From Macrostomum lignano (lineage: Eukaryota), in the NCBI GenBank assembly GCA_002269645.1, contig NIVC01002758.1, positions 1 to 64,000 on the forward strand: a DNA stretch of 64,000 nt, in the 5' to 3' direction. The position numbers and the translations under genes were made by a program. Below the pieces are notes generated by a model that ran no database searches, was not told the DNA's origin, and saw only the letters and a program-made list of their open reading frames with translations. The stretch's first letter is position 1; the number at the start of each line of letters is the position of its first letter. Shown one piece after another: positions 34,068 to 47,692 of this stretch.

Positions 34068-37000
34068 CTACATCCTGTCAACTTCAACAGCTTGCCAACC
34101 TTGATCGGCAGTCTGCTCTATCCAGCTTCCTTTGTCGCCTTTATCGGCATCAGCTTCATCGGCAGGGACAGGGGCGGCCAGCTGCCGATAAGCCGGCGGC
34201 AAGTCTTCGGGCCGCAGGTGGCCCCGCTGGAGGCCCATCTTGTAGAAATCCTCGGGCCGGCCCAGAAGGCTGTGCGGCACCACGTTGCCTCGACTGTCCA
34301 GCCGGGGTCCCGGCGCCGCCTGCTGGATTCGCGGCTGCAGCCAAACATCGTCAACGTCTTCCGCTTCTTCCGTCGTTACTCCCTCGTCGTCGACGGCTTC
34401 GTCGTCTTCGGGCGCGGCGCGTCGCAACAGCGCAAAACGACGCAGCGGTGGGCGGCGCAACGACGGAGGGATCTCCCTGCGGACCGCCACGCGACGGGAC
34501 GACGATGGCGCGACGTCGGCGATTCGAGTCGACATGGCGGCCCCAGAGGCAGCGGCCTCCATGCGGACCTCCTGGGTGATCTGCGGGTTTTGGGTCGGCT
34601 CGTTCGACTGCTCAGGGAGTAGAGGCAGATTCTCAAGCACTGATGAAGAGTAGAGAGGCAGATTCTCAAGCACTGATGGGGAGCGGAGAGGCAGATTCTC
34701 AAACACTGATGGGGAGCGGAGAGGCAGATTCTCAAACACTGATGGGGAGCGGAGAGGCAGATTCTCAAGCACTGATGGAGAGTGGAGAGGCAGATTCTCA
34801 AGCACTGATGGGGAGCGGAGAGGCAGATTCTCAAGCACTGATGGGGAGCGGAGAGGCAGATTCTCAAGCACTGATGGAGAGCGGAGAGGCAGTCTCAAGC
34901 ACTGATGGAGAGCGGAGAGGCAGATTCTCAAACACTGATGAAGAGCGGAGAGGCAGATTCTCAAGCACTGATGGGGAGCGGAGAGGCAGATTCTCAAGCA
35001 CTGATGAAGAGCGGAGAGGCAGATTCTCAACCACTGATGAAGAGCGGAGAGGCAGATTCTCAAACACTGATGAAGAGCGGAGAGGCAGATTCTCAAGCAC
35101 TGATGGGGAGCGGAGAGGCCTGTGAGAAGCTTCCCGGACTTGAGCAGATACAAGGGCAAAGGGCATGAAAAGTACCCTGTTTAAATCCTCGTCTCTAATA
35201 CGCAGCCTCGCGATCTCCTCATTGTAGATGGCATTCTTCATCCGGTTCGGGTGGCCGCCGGCGTCCTCGTCGAGGTCTGCGAGGCCGCTCGGGTCGCGTT
35301 TTTGCCTCCTGAGCCGGTCTGGGGTAAAATTCGTGAGGCTTTTTAAAATTTTTGGAAAATAGAGACGAAGGCAAGAGAGAGTAGAAGTGAGTGGGAAAGT
35401 AGATTGGTGGTGAGACGCAGAAATATTAGAGATGAGAGGGCAGAGACAGTAGAGGGGAGAGGGCAGGGAGAGTAGAGGGCAGAGTTGCAGGGAGAGTAGA
35501 GGGTAGAGTTGCAGGGAGAGTAGAGGGCAGAGTTGCAGGGAGAGTAGAGGGCAGAGTTGCAGGGAGAGTAGAGGGCAGAGTTGCAGGGAGAGTAGAGGGT
35601 AGAGTTGCAGGGAGAGTAGAGGGCAGAGTTGCAGGGAGAGTAGAGGGTAGAGTTGCAGGGAGAGTAGAGGGCAGAGTTGCAGGGAGAGTAGAGGGCAGAG
35701 TTGCAGGGAGAGTTGAGGGCAGAGTTGCAGGGAGAGTAGAGGGCAGAGTTGCAGGGAGAGTAGAGGGCAGAGTTGCAGGGAGAGTAGAGGGCAGAGTTGC
35801 AGGGAGAGTAGAGGGCAGAGTTGCAGGGAGAGTAGAGGGCAGAGTTGCAGGGAGAGTAGAGGGCAGAGTTGCAGGGAGAGTAGAGGGCAGAGTTGCAGGG
35901 AGAGTAGAGGGCAGAGTTGCAGGGAGAGTAGCGGGCAGAGTTGCAGGGAGAGTAGAGGGTAGAGTTGCAGGGAGAGTAGAGGGCAGAGTTGCAGGGAGAG
36001 TAAAGAGCAGAGTTGCAGGGAGAGTAGAGGGCAAGGAGAGGAGAAGTGACAGGCCAGGCAGATTGGAGTCGAGATGGCAGAGACAGTAGAGGAGAGAGGG
36101 CTGAGTGAGTAAAGGTGAGAAGGCAGGGAGAGTATATTGAAGTCAGAGAGCAACAGAATGTGATTTTTGTCTCTATAAATCAAAGATGAGAAACTTTTAA
36201 CGGCAGAATCAGTTAATTGATATTAGAACAGCCTCATCACAGCAACATAAAAGTGCACGGCAGCCACAACCACAGCTGCTGGTGAGCAGTTTAGTCTTGT
36301 CCTTTGTTAATACCAGCGGACACAGCAATGCGCAAGAGATAAGACAAGAGTAAGTGAGTGCTATAATTAATTTTCACATGTTTATCTACAGCAAATACGG
36401 TAATTTAAGAGTTGAGTAAACTGTAGGACAAGGGCAGACGGCAGAGTAGTGTACTCACTTGGTGCCATAGACACCCTCCTTCCTCCCAGCCTGCTCGCCA
36501 TGCTGAGAGCGGTTCGGTCAGACCAAGACAAAGTGCTTTAGAACTTTCAGCCAACTTCTACACTTTGTTGGATAGATCGAACCTATTTTAATTAGGTCTC
36601 TTCTGTAGTCTAGATATTGGTTTCAACTATCTGTCTGTTGTTGTTTTTGTCTTATTTAAATTCTCTCTTGAGCGAGAGGGAGGAGGTTCACAGCGCACTG
36701 CAAGCGCATATTGCAAAGCTGAGACAGACAGACGGGCATGTAGAGAAGAAAATAACGAAAACTCTGGTGCCTATGACAACCAATGCGCTGGAAGCAGAGA
36801 CCCCCTTTGGCACTCGTAGTCGACCCCACCCCCTGCCCGGGCCGTAAGCAGTTGCTGCCGCTGTCGCCTGCCTCATTGTCTTTGCTTGAGCAGTTTTGCA
36901 GTCACAGCTCTGCATTCCAGACGAGCACAGAGGGCTAGTGTGTTACCCTAACATCTGTAATATTTTTAGAAATTATCAAATCTTGCATCAATATTTTATT

Positions 37001-39040
37001 GTATAGAATTTTATCACTATTTTTAGTGACAGTTTGCACTCGTCTGAAAAGACAGATTATGGCAAGTCAGTAAATTTCAGCTTGTCAACACTGTTTAGCC
37101 TTATCAGTAGCTCAAGCGAAATTATCGTATGGATTTCAGTTTACTTGGCCAGAGCAAACTTACTGCGAATTTTATCAGGCTGTGTGCTTAAACTCGAAGC
37201 GTAATTAAAATCTAGACAGTTTTTTATAAAGACTGACACTTCTCGCTAAGCCTGAAAATCCTAAAAGTACATCCTAAAAGTTACATAAATATCAGGTTTA
37301 AAACTTCGTTTAAAAATATTCCAGCAGATGTTAATAACATTTTGGATTTCCCATGCAATTCATGATTCACACTCTGTCTCAGCTGCTGTTGCTGCATTTT
37401 AAAAGTAACTGTGACACATTCTTCCTCCAGACAGCGTTTCCCCATGCACCCCTCCATTTCTGCCCATTAATCTCCGAGAGACTTGAATCCCTCTAAAGTC
37501 TCTCTCCCATCTCTCTCCCATCCTTGTCCCATCCCTCTCTTTCCCATCTCTCTCCCATCTCTCTCCCATCTCCCTCCCCTCCCTCTCCCATCTCACTCCC
37601 ATCTCTCTCCCATCTCTTTCCCCTCCCTCTCCCATCTCACTCCCCTCCCTCTCCCATCTCCCTCCCCTCCCTCTCCCATCTCTCTCCCATCATCCCTCTC
37701 CCATCTCACTCCCCTCCCTCTCCCATCTCACTCCCATCTCTCTCCCATCTCTTTCCCTTTCCCCTCCCTCTCCCATCTCACTCCCCTCCCTCTCCCATCT
37801 CCCTCCCCTCCCTCTCCCATCTCTCTCCCATCATCCCTCTCCCATCTCACTCCCCTCCCTCTCCCATCTCACTCCCATCTCTCTCCCATCTCTTTCCCCT
37901 CCCTCTCCCATCTCACTCCCCTCCCTCTCCCATCTCCCTCCCCTCCCTCTCCCATCTCTCTCCCATCATCCCTCTCCCATTCACTCCCCTCCCTCTCCCA
38001 TCTCACTCCCCTCCCTCTCCCATCTCTCTCCCATCATCCCTCTCCCATCTCACTCCCCTCCCTCTCCCATCTCACTCCCCTCCCTCTCCCATCTCCCTCC
38101 CCTCCCTCTCCCATCTCTCTCCCATCATCCCTCTCCCATTCACTCCCCTCCCTCTCCCATCTCTCTCCCCTCCCTCTCCCATCTCTCTCCCATCATCCCT
38201 CTCCCATCTCACTCCCCTCCTCTCCCATCTCACTCCCCTCCCTCTCCCATCTCACTCCCCTCCCTCTCCATCTCCCTCCCCTCCCTCTCCCATCTCACTC
38301 CCCTCCCTCTCCCATCTCTCTCCCATCATCCCTCTCCCATCTCACTCCCCTCCCTCTCCCATCTCCCTCCCCTCCCTCTCCCATCTCTCTCCCATCATCC
38401 CTCTCCCATTCACTCCCCTCCCTCTCCCATCTCACTCCCCTCCCTCTCCCATCTCTCTCCCATCATCCCTCTCCCATCTCACTCCCCTCCCTCTCCCATC
38501 TCACTCCCCTCCCTCTCCCATCTCACTCCCCTCCCTCTCCCATCTCCCTCCCCTCCCTCTCCCATCTCACTCCCCTCCCTCTCCCATCTCTCTCCCATCA
38601 TCCCTCTCCCATCTCACTTCCCTCCCTCTCCCATCTCACTCCCCTCCCTCTCCCATCCCAGTCATAACCTCACCTAAAGTGCTGGACCGCCTTCCAAAGC
38701 CCGACGATCCACCGGCGCTCGACAAGGCAACCGTCGATGCCGATCTTTGACGTCCGCTGAGGCCCGACGCGTGCAGCTTGGCAAAGCGCAGCGCCGAGAC
38801 AACTCCGATGCTCAGCCGGCTGAAGCGTCCTCTGACGTCGCTGCCGCGGTTGCCGCCGTCCGGGCCATCCCGAGACGGCAGCTTCAGCCCGGGACCCAGC
38901 GCGAAGCTCACTCGCTTGGCTTCCACATTGGAACTGCCGTTGCTGCTGCGCCTGGCCGGAACATGGTCGGCTGTCTCCATGGAAACTGACGCCCGCTGCT
39001 TGCGCTGACCATTCGATGCCGACTTTTTGAGTGACGACAT
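34068..39040 (-). CDS. MYCBP-associated protein (MYCBPAP)-like gene, N-terminal part only
   Basis: [18 protein letters not shown] and [30 protein letters not shown] resemble the MYCBPAP N-terminus as I recall it. Candidate first exons 39040-38674 and 36501-36459 both have phase-1 donors compatible with the acceptor at 35318. Downstream exons were not found. Confidence 0.55.
34622..35118. repeat. 33-bp minisatellite, ~15 copies (minus strand [11 protein letters not shown])
   Basis: One unit near 34892 is 2 bp short. Confidence 0.95.
35455..36035. repeat. 24-bp minisatellite (AGTTGCAGGGAGAGTAGAGGGCAG), intronic
   Basis: About 24 copies. Confidence 0.95.
37495..38660. repeat. Pyrimidine-rich composite satellite (CCCTCTCCCATCTC units)
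   Basis: Direct reading. Confidence 0.95.
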
Positions 39041-39164
39041 TCTGCAGGGCCGAGGGACTGGGTGAGGGAAATCAAGGGAAATTATCCTCTGTGTGCATGG
39101 GTTAAACTGTTCCTTTGTTTTATCGGCAACATAGATGTATTGGATGATAATGTAAATCAACTTT

Positions 39165-39690
39165 GTCTAACAGGAATCGCTCCTGTCTAACAGGAATTAC
39201 TCCTGTCTAACAGGAATCACCCCTGTCTAACAGGAATCGCTAATGTCTAACAGGAATCGCTAATGTCTAATAGGAATCACTTCTAACAGAAATCACTCCT
39301 GTCTAACAGGAATCGCTAATGTCTAATAGGAATCGCTAATGTCCAACAGGAGTCGCTAATGTCTAACAGGAATCACTTCTAACAGAAATCACTAATGTCT
39401 AACAGGAATCGCTAATGTCTAGTAGGAATCGCTAATGTCCAACAGGAGTCGCTAATGTCTAACAGGAATCACTTCTAACAGAAATCACTAATGTCTAACA
39501 GGAATCGCTAATGTCTAATAGGAATCGCTAATGTCCAACAGGAGTCGCTAATGTCTAACAGGAATCACTTCTAACAGAAATCACTAATGTCTAACAGGAA
39601 TCGCTAATGTCTAACAGGAATCGCTAATGTCTAACAGGAATCGCTAATGCCTAACAGGTATCACTCATGTCCAACAGGAAATGTCCTCTT
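39165..39690. repeat. ~16-20-bp minisatellite (TGTCTAACAGGAATCGC..)
   Basis: Direct reading. Confidence 0.9.
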
Positions 39691-40837
39691 CAAACAGGAA
39701 TCTCTCTAAGGGTAGTATCCTAAATGTCTAACATAAACGAATCTTCATCTAACATGATAATTTTAACAGTCTCTGCAACAAAAAGTCATCCTCATGCTCT
39801 GCTTGTACTTTAGTTTCTAATAAAGCATAATTTCTTTTCCAGTCGGTGGGATAAAAAAGGCCAATTTAAACTATACAGAAACTCAGCCAATCGATTAGCA
39901 AAACATTGCTAAAGGAATCTAGTGCTGCTTCTCAGCTTCAGTCAAATTGCTGTGAGACAAGGAGAGAATGTGGGAGAGAGAGAAAGGACTCAGCGTCGCT
40001 TATATTTGATGCATTTCTCAGAGCGCGCGTGACCGCTGCTTTGCCCCAATGCCATATATCTACTTTAAAAGTACAAAGCCGAGAAAACAATGTACCCATT
40101 TTTCCCATTCACTTTATAGTTTTTTGGTTCCACCTAAATGACTTCTGCTTTTTTGGCGAAAGTCGTATCTGAATTGGTGCCTCGATTTTAGAATTTTTTA
40201 CAATTGTTACTTTTCTCAGTATCCCTAAGCATTCTCCATCGATTGATGAGGCTAGAGGCAGCTGGGCATACAGGGGGATTGAAAATCAGCTGCAGAGAAT
40301 AAGTCTGGGGAGTTAAAACGACGTAATGGGAAGTCAAAAATTTCGTGAGCAAACGGAGTGTTGGAGCTTTTTTACAGTTGCATTCCAGCTTGTCACGTCT
40401 TTGATGAATTTTGCTAGAATTTCTATAATGTCCCTGCCTATCTTGATCAAGTCATCAGGTAAAGTACTTAACTCTGGGCTGCAGGTCCCATTCTTGCAAG
40501 GGATCCTTGGTCTCGCAGTCCTTATTGTTTCGCAGGCCTGTGTTTATTGCTTGCTAATCTAAACTGTGTTAGGGTGCGTTTTTAATTCTGGATTGGAATT
40601 CCTAGGAAATACATATCGGTTAAGTACCGTTTACCTTTAAGACTTAGCATTGAAGAGTTCTCTAGTCTTTGTCTCCAGTGTCTCGTAAATTCTAGTTCAA
40701 AGGCGACAATCTTTAATGCCCGCATTGAAACAATTCCGTGTTCAAGTACTTGTCTTCTGTAGAAGAGCGACAGTCAGGTAATTATGCGGGCATGTGTACA
40801 TTTCAGGCCAGAAGTTTGCTGGTCTTACAATCGCTTT

Positions 40838-41445
40838 TGTCTAACAGGAATCACAGCTGTCTAACAGGAATCGCAGCTGCTAACAGGAATCACACCTGTC
40901 CAACAGGAATCGCAGCTGCTAACAGGAATCACAGCTGTCTAACAGGAATCACTCCTGTCTAACAAGAATTGCTCTTGTCTAACAGGAATCCTCCTGTCTA
41001 ACAGGAATCCTTCTGTCTAACAGGAATCACTCCTGTCTAACAAGAATTGCTCTTGTCTAACAGGAATCCTCCTGTCTAACAGGAATCCTTCTGTCTAACA
41101 GGAATCACTCCTGTCTAACAAGAATTGCTCTTGTCTAACAGGAATCCTCCTGTCTAACAGGAATCCTTCTGTCTAACAGGAATTGCTCTTGTCTAACAGG
41201 AATCACTCCTGTCTAACAGGAATCACTCCTGTCTAACAGGAATCCTCCTGTCTAACAGGAATCCTCCTGTCTAACAGGAATTGCTCCTGTCTAACAGGAA
41301 TCCTCCTGTCTAACAGGAATTGCTCCTGTCTAACAGGAATCGCTCCTGTCTAACAGGAATCGCTCCTGAATAACAGGAATCACAGCTGTCTAACAGAAAT
41401 CGCTGTTTTCTAAAAGAAATCGATCCTGTCTAACAAGATCTCTCT
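40838..41445. repeat. ~19-20-bp minisatellite (CTGTCTAACAGGAATC..), same family as 39165-39690
   Basis: Direct reading. Confidence 0.9.
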
Positions 41446-42351
41446 AACAAGAATGACCATTGTCTAGCAGTAATGGTTTTGCCTTACACTACAGGAATCG
41501 CCCTCTCTAACAATAATCTACCTGCATACCTGACACTAGCTTTCCTGTTTAACGGTTGTTAACCCTTTTCTAGTGGGATAAATTCCTCCTTGTAATATTC
41601 CTACTATTACAGTTTGAATACCTTCGTGTATATAGTACCATCAGATTTCACCGCGTATTTTCCCTAGAACCTCAGTTTTCTTAATAAAACCGCCTTTTTT
41701 TCACAGCAAATCTGAATAATACTGACTTTTAATTACGGCTGCAGTCGCACTTCTGAAGACAATTAATAGGCAGGGCCTCAACCTTTGCTGTCAAGCAGAA
41801 AATTTTGCTCCAGGCCCGCGTAGGTAATTGGGCAATTTTTATTGGCCTCTGTCAGTAGCATCTGAATGAAACAATTAATTTTAATTCCGTCTAGGTCTCA
41901 TTAGGAGCTTTGCTGATGAATTAATTTATCACATAGAATCTGAAAAAACTATTAGTCACAATAGTTGGCACGTTGCCACTGTAATTATCCACGATGAATT
42001 ATGTTTCAAGAGTTATTTAATACATGTATTGGCTCCAATTAGACATGTAGTATCGGCCCTGAATGCACAAAAACAATTTTATAGCTTATTGATGTAAATC
42101 TTCTGCAAATCTGGGGCATCCAAATAATCAATGTCTTACATGTAAAACTATAATTTATTTTAGCATATTAAGTAATTAAAACGTAGGACATATTCAATAT
42201 AAATTAGTATACCTTGCATCTTTGTATATATATTACATGTAGCAGTAAGTATCTATAAACCGTTGGTGTATTTGGTCAGTTTCTATTAGTTTTCTTATCT
42301 TATCATCGCATTTTAGGTCAGTTTAGTGGTGTCTTACATTTTGCAATCGAC

Positions 42352-43578
42352 TTTTTTTTGCCAAATCTAGTTTTTTGGTGTCACTATGAACAAACTGACT
42401 TATCTGTGTAAATAGGTTACTTGGGCTCCACTTTATGAACTTAAGTTGTCAAGTTGATAGGCCCTTTTGAGCAATATATTACATTAAAATCTCACAAAAA
42501 GTTTTCATAGATATTTAAATTTTTTGATATAGCATGTTTATGTACTTTTAATGATATGCAGCACTATATACTGTATTTGTGGTATATCATATAATATTAG
42601 TATATCCTGTATTATTGCTTGAGTTATCTTTTTTTTAGAGGCAGGGGGTTGTGTGCACCCTGGCGCACTTTAAGTGACATAGGCACACAACCTGCGAGAG
42701 GCATTACTGCCCATTCCGCCAACTCCCCTGAGCAGGCACACAAGCGCGCGGATACATATGCAGGCACACACTCACGCAGGAGTGTACAGCGGCCCTAACT
42801 TTATATTATCGTTAGGCATGTACACTTCACTGCGCCTTGGGGGGTTGGCTCTCAAGGCCGTTAATTGCACAAGCAGAGCCAAGCCGAGATTCCAATTCAG
42901 CCCCAAATTAATGTGACTGCACTTGGAATCGAGCCTGGGTCGCTGGCACACCAGAGCAGCTGCGCTACAGCTGAGCTACGGCCCCTACCCCCCCGGGGCA
43001 TTATACATTATCTTATGGCACTATACATTGTATCCTACTTCATGCATTTTTATATTTAATTTTTTAATAAAATTTTCTTTTATTAGGGCTTCTCTTATGC
43101 TAAATATTTCTAGAATCAAAAGTATCATACTTTATTCTGGTAAATGGTCTGCCTAAGGCAATCTATTAGATTCTAAATCTAGTGTTCTTATTTTTTAATG
43201 GCAATGAATTTTCTTGATGTCCAGGTTTTAATGCCAGAAAAGAAAGGAGAAGTAGAAATGCAAATGTATATTGTCATATTTCTTATTTCTATTAACTAAT
43301 GTTATTCATTTTATATGCTTAATACAAGTCTTAAAAAATTATTTATAAAGCTTTAACTCTGTTAATATCAATAAATATGCAAAAAGACAGCATATCTGTT
43401 CTTATGCAGCAATAGAGATTATAGTTTTTGACATATATCTGGAAATGTATTGGATTTATTTTTTTTTGCAGAGTTTTTGAATTTTTATATTCATTAGGCT
43501 ACTTTAAGTAGGCCAGTCCTTTGTGTCTTCATTTTTATTGTAGTTTAAGTTAACAGAAACAGCAGAATTAAGTTTGCA
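42352..43578. repeat. 1.23-kb dispersed duplication, copy 1
   Basis: Near-identical to 48378-49603. Confidence 0.95.
42629..42985 (-). mobile_element. tRNA-derived SINE
   Basis: Head GGGGCCGTAGCTCAGCTGTAG (A-box-like) ... GGCTCGATTCC (B-box-like), ~290-bp body, A-tail. Confidence 0.75.
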
Positions 43579-46269
43579 TTTTCGCATTTTAGGTCAGTTT
43601 AGTGGTGTCTTACATTTTGCAATCGACTTTTAATTACTCGTATATAGACGCAGTTTCATTCATTTCTTATATTAAATTGTTGCACTTCTTACCGCGAAGA
43701 CAACTTAAGCTAGACTAAATCGTTCTTGTTTATTACGTGTAAATGTATTCTACGCACATGCAACAACACAGTTTGGCAAAGTGCAAAGTTTACATAACTT
43801 ACCTGAAATATGCGAGACAAATAGGTGACAAAAGCTTACAGTACCAACCGTGCTTTTCAGTTCAAATAAGATAAACGTAGAGACGTTCAGGATTTAGCAA
43901 GGGGCATCAAACAAGTTGCATGCAGCATTGCAGACTGGTCGGACTGTCAAGGTGAACTTGAGCTTTGATACGAAGGGATTTAAATTTATGCGCACTTTTT
44001 TATCACGAGAGTACTTTAACAAACGATGCAGTTTCTGCTTTGTTGATGTTTTTTTATTGCTAGGTTATTATGATTAAAGTATTTTATTTTCTAAATTTAT
44101 CTTTACTCGGTCAGATATACATGACAGTGTTAGTACACTAAACACCGATTCAAAACAAAAAAGGATGGCACCAAAAATTCGCGCGCGGATCAATTAAGTC
44201 AAAGATTCAAGAGTTTTGATTGACCGAACCGACGGACTCAACATTTCATTGTCAGTCAAGTGGAGTGGTGGGCCTAGAGAATTCTGTATAAGTCAAGTGT
44301 GTCAAATGACTCAAATATCAGGCTAGATAAATCGAAATTAAATGCAAAATGCATTTTATTGAATTACAATTAGCACAAACTCTTAAGTAAATTTAACTAT
44401 CAAAAGACTAAATTTTTACATAGTTTTACATAGTAATATAAGTATAACTTGAAGTAACTAGGCCTATTACAAATTACAGCTAGGCCCTATTTTGAATTGG
44501 AACCTTTAAGACAATATATAGTTTTTAAAGTGTTTGACTATAGATGATAGTGCCAAAAACCAGCAATAGGCATAGGCCCTAGCCTAATCTATATAATTTT
44601 TTAACATTAAACTAGGCCTATTGCCAATCTTGGCCCTGGCATACATGTCGCCTTCTGAACTATGGACATTGGCTATTTCCAATATTAATAATATGGTCTA
44701 TTAATGATATTACAAATATTATGCCAATAATGCTATCTTTTAATAATAAAGTTGAAAATTGTCTTGAAAAAAATTCTGGGTCTGATTATTTATTAGAACT
44801 TGTCTAGTGCTAGTGGCATTGCTAACTAAATATTTTACAAAGTAATTACACAAAGTTTTATTACAATTACAAAGACAAAGTTATTGACTAAGATACTAGT
44901 TAGTATAGGCCTATTAATAATACATTTCTATTCACATATTAGTTAGAATAGATGGAATCCTGATCAGGCTAAAGTCTTAGGATCCCAAAAAAATTGATTC
45001 CTCCATTCTTATAAGATTGGGATCTCAACTCTAAAAAAGGAAATTAGTTGTAGTATAAGCCTAGGTTTTTATTTAAAATTTGTAGAATTAATGATTATTT
45101 GAATGCATTTTTAAAAATGGTAATAGTCTACTTCTTTGTTCTTTGGTAGGCCTAATAGCCATTTCAATAATAGGCAAATAGCCACTTTAGTATGAGTAAT
45201 AAATATGACCAATTCAGTAATTGCCATTTTGGTAAGAGCTACTTTGTCTTTAATAACAAATATGGGAAAATTACAAATTATATTTATATTGATATGTTCT
45301 AAAAGAATGCATAAAAAACTTAAAGGATTAAAGGAATAACAATATTATAAATATAAAATTTAAAAAACTTTTATATTATAAAATTTAAATCATTTTAAGA
45401 GATTTAAATTGTTGCAAAGTGTATGTATTTGTATATGCAATGCATGCATGTGTTTAACTATTTTAACTTTATCCAACTTGTATAAAGTGTTTTAACTAAT
45501 CTATATATTTTAATTTCTTGGTAGGCCTATGCTAGATATATGTACTAGAGACAACTTATAATTGACCAAAAAATATATACATTAGAATCTCTGAGGTAGC
45601 AACTTGAAATTATAACAATCTAATTTTTAATACAAAGCTTTTTGCCTAATTTTCTTAGCCTTTAATTTTTTACAAAGTTAACATGCAAGATAGCAAATTA
45701 TAATATAATCCTATATACTAAAAATGAGTTGTCTGTGGGTAGATAGGTATGCAATAGATTTCAGAAAAAATGGCTCAACCAATTTTCTTCAAACTTGCAC
45801 CATTCAATCAGAAATTTTCCTGGGACGGTACATGCATCTTGGCTAAGAAATTGCTCAATATTAAAGGGATTAAATATTCGAAAAAACATGCTTTTTTGCA
45901 AAGGTCAAGCAGCTCTTTCAATCTGAAATGCATTGTAAGAATGCTAGCGAAAAAACTGACTGACTGAATTCCAATTGTGATAAGATGAAAACAGTTGTGA
46001 ACAAGTTGATTAAAGTTGCGTAACCATTTTGCTAACTTAAATTGAGACTGATACTGGCTGACTGAGAAATTGATTATGTCATAACTTTTTACTCCAACCG
46101 ATTTGCTATAAGAATTGAATTATAAAGGCCACAATTCATGTTTTCCAATTGACAAAAGATAGCATAGATGCAAACAAACTGGACTGCTAATGCAGCGACC
46201 TGGGTTCAAATCTTAGCAGTGCAAAAAATTTTTTTTATTAAAACACCTTAAAAACACAAAAGAAGCACA

Positions 46270-46640
46270 ATATCAAACATTAAAGAGCCACCATGTCAAA
46301 CATTAAAGAGCCACCATGTCTAACATTAAAGAGCCACCATGTCTAACATTAAAGAGCCACCATGTCGAACATTAAAGAGCCACCATGTCTAACATTAAAT
46401 AGCCACCATGCTGAACATTAAGAGCCACCATGTCAAACATTAAAGAGCCACCATGTCCAACATTTATGTGATTCCATGTCAAACATTAAAGAGCCACCAT
46501 GCCTAAAATTAAAGAGCCACCACGTCAAACATAGAAGAGCCATCATGTAGAACATAAAAAAGCCACCATGTCAAACATTTAGGAGCCACCATGGCAAACA
46601 TTAAAGAGCCACCATGTCAAGCAGAAAAGAGCCACCATGG
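46270..46640. repeat. 23-bp minisatellite (AAACATTAAAGAGCCACCATGTC)
   Basis: About 15 degenerate copies. Confidence 0.9.
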
Positions 46641-46749
46641 CAAATGGCAAACATAAGAGACACCATTTCAAACGTAAAAAGAAGCGTCATGGTAATCATA
46701 AAGGAGCCACTATAAAGCTAAGGAAATTGTTGCATTAGCTACTTATTGT

Positions 46750-46950
46750 CTAGTGGATGCTTGCTATTTAAGGATCGATACTTGCTATTAGGTGGATACT
46801 TGCTATCTGGGGGTGCCTGCTATCTGGGGGTGTTTGCTATTAGGTGGATGCTTGCTATCTGGGGGTGCTTGCTATCTGGGGGGGATGCTTGCTATCTAAG
46901 AGTGCTTGCTATCTGGGGGTGCTTGCTATCTGGGGGGGATGCTTGCATGT
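46750..46950. repeat. ~18-20-bp minisatellite (ATGCTTGCTATCTGGGGG)
   Basis: Direct reading. Confidence 0.85.
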
Positions 46951-47645
46951 TGTCTTGGGATGTTTTCTTTTCGCTTTGTTCTTCATTTGAGCAGTTTGTC
47001 TATTGTCTTTGTGAAGGCTTTATTTGGCTGTCTTTTTGATACATGTATAGAGAACAGAGATTCTATCCAGATGTCTCCCATCGGGGGGCGAAGATTGCTA
47101 GTTTAATAACTATATTTGACATGTTAATTTATTAAATTAGTAGTTGCTAAAGTCAAATACTATAAACATATTGTTTTGACAGTTGTGAATCTCTTTACTA
47201 ATAGGGATTGTTACTAAAGTGGTCATTTTTTGTTATCAAAGTGGTTGCTAATAAAGTGGATTATATTCTTTAAAACATATTTAATATTAAAACAGATTAT
47301 AGGGATTAGAGGATATCATATTTTTATATTTTTGGACTTAATATCTTTACTTTTAAGATAATCAAGACTTGATTGAGATACAAGATTAAGCGTAGTAAAT
47401 ATCTAGTAGGCCTTTATTCTATTCTATCTATTAATGCTAATATTGTTATTTGTTAATTATTTCCTATGATAATAATGGAAAGAAAAATAAGTTATATAAT
47501 ATTGAGTCATATAGTTACAAATCTTGACTTTTTTCTTGAGATCTTGAAACTATGATAAAAAAGTGCTGAGATTGAGACTGAGATCTTGTCCTATCCTTAT
47601 CTATACTTGGGTGTAACTTAGAGATTTACCTGGCTATTTCTATTG

Positions 47646-47649
<4 letters not shown>

Positions 47650-47689
<40 letters not shown>
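47650..47689. repeat. (TA)n microsatellite
   Basis: Direct reading. Confidence 0.97.

Positions 47690-47692
<3 letters not shown>

Noticed and set aside
35426-38750. Mucin/extensin-like ORFs (LPST, PLPS repeats)
   Set aside because: Translations of intronic 24-bp and CT-rich satellites.
46175-46225. Functional tRNA-Ser gene
   Set aside because: Only anticodon- and T-arm-like pieces; the acceptor and D stems do not pair.
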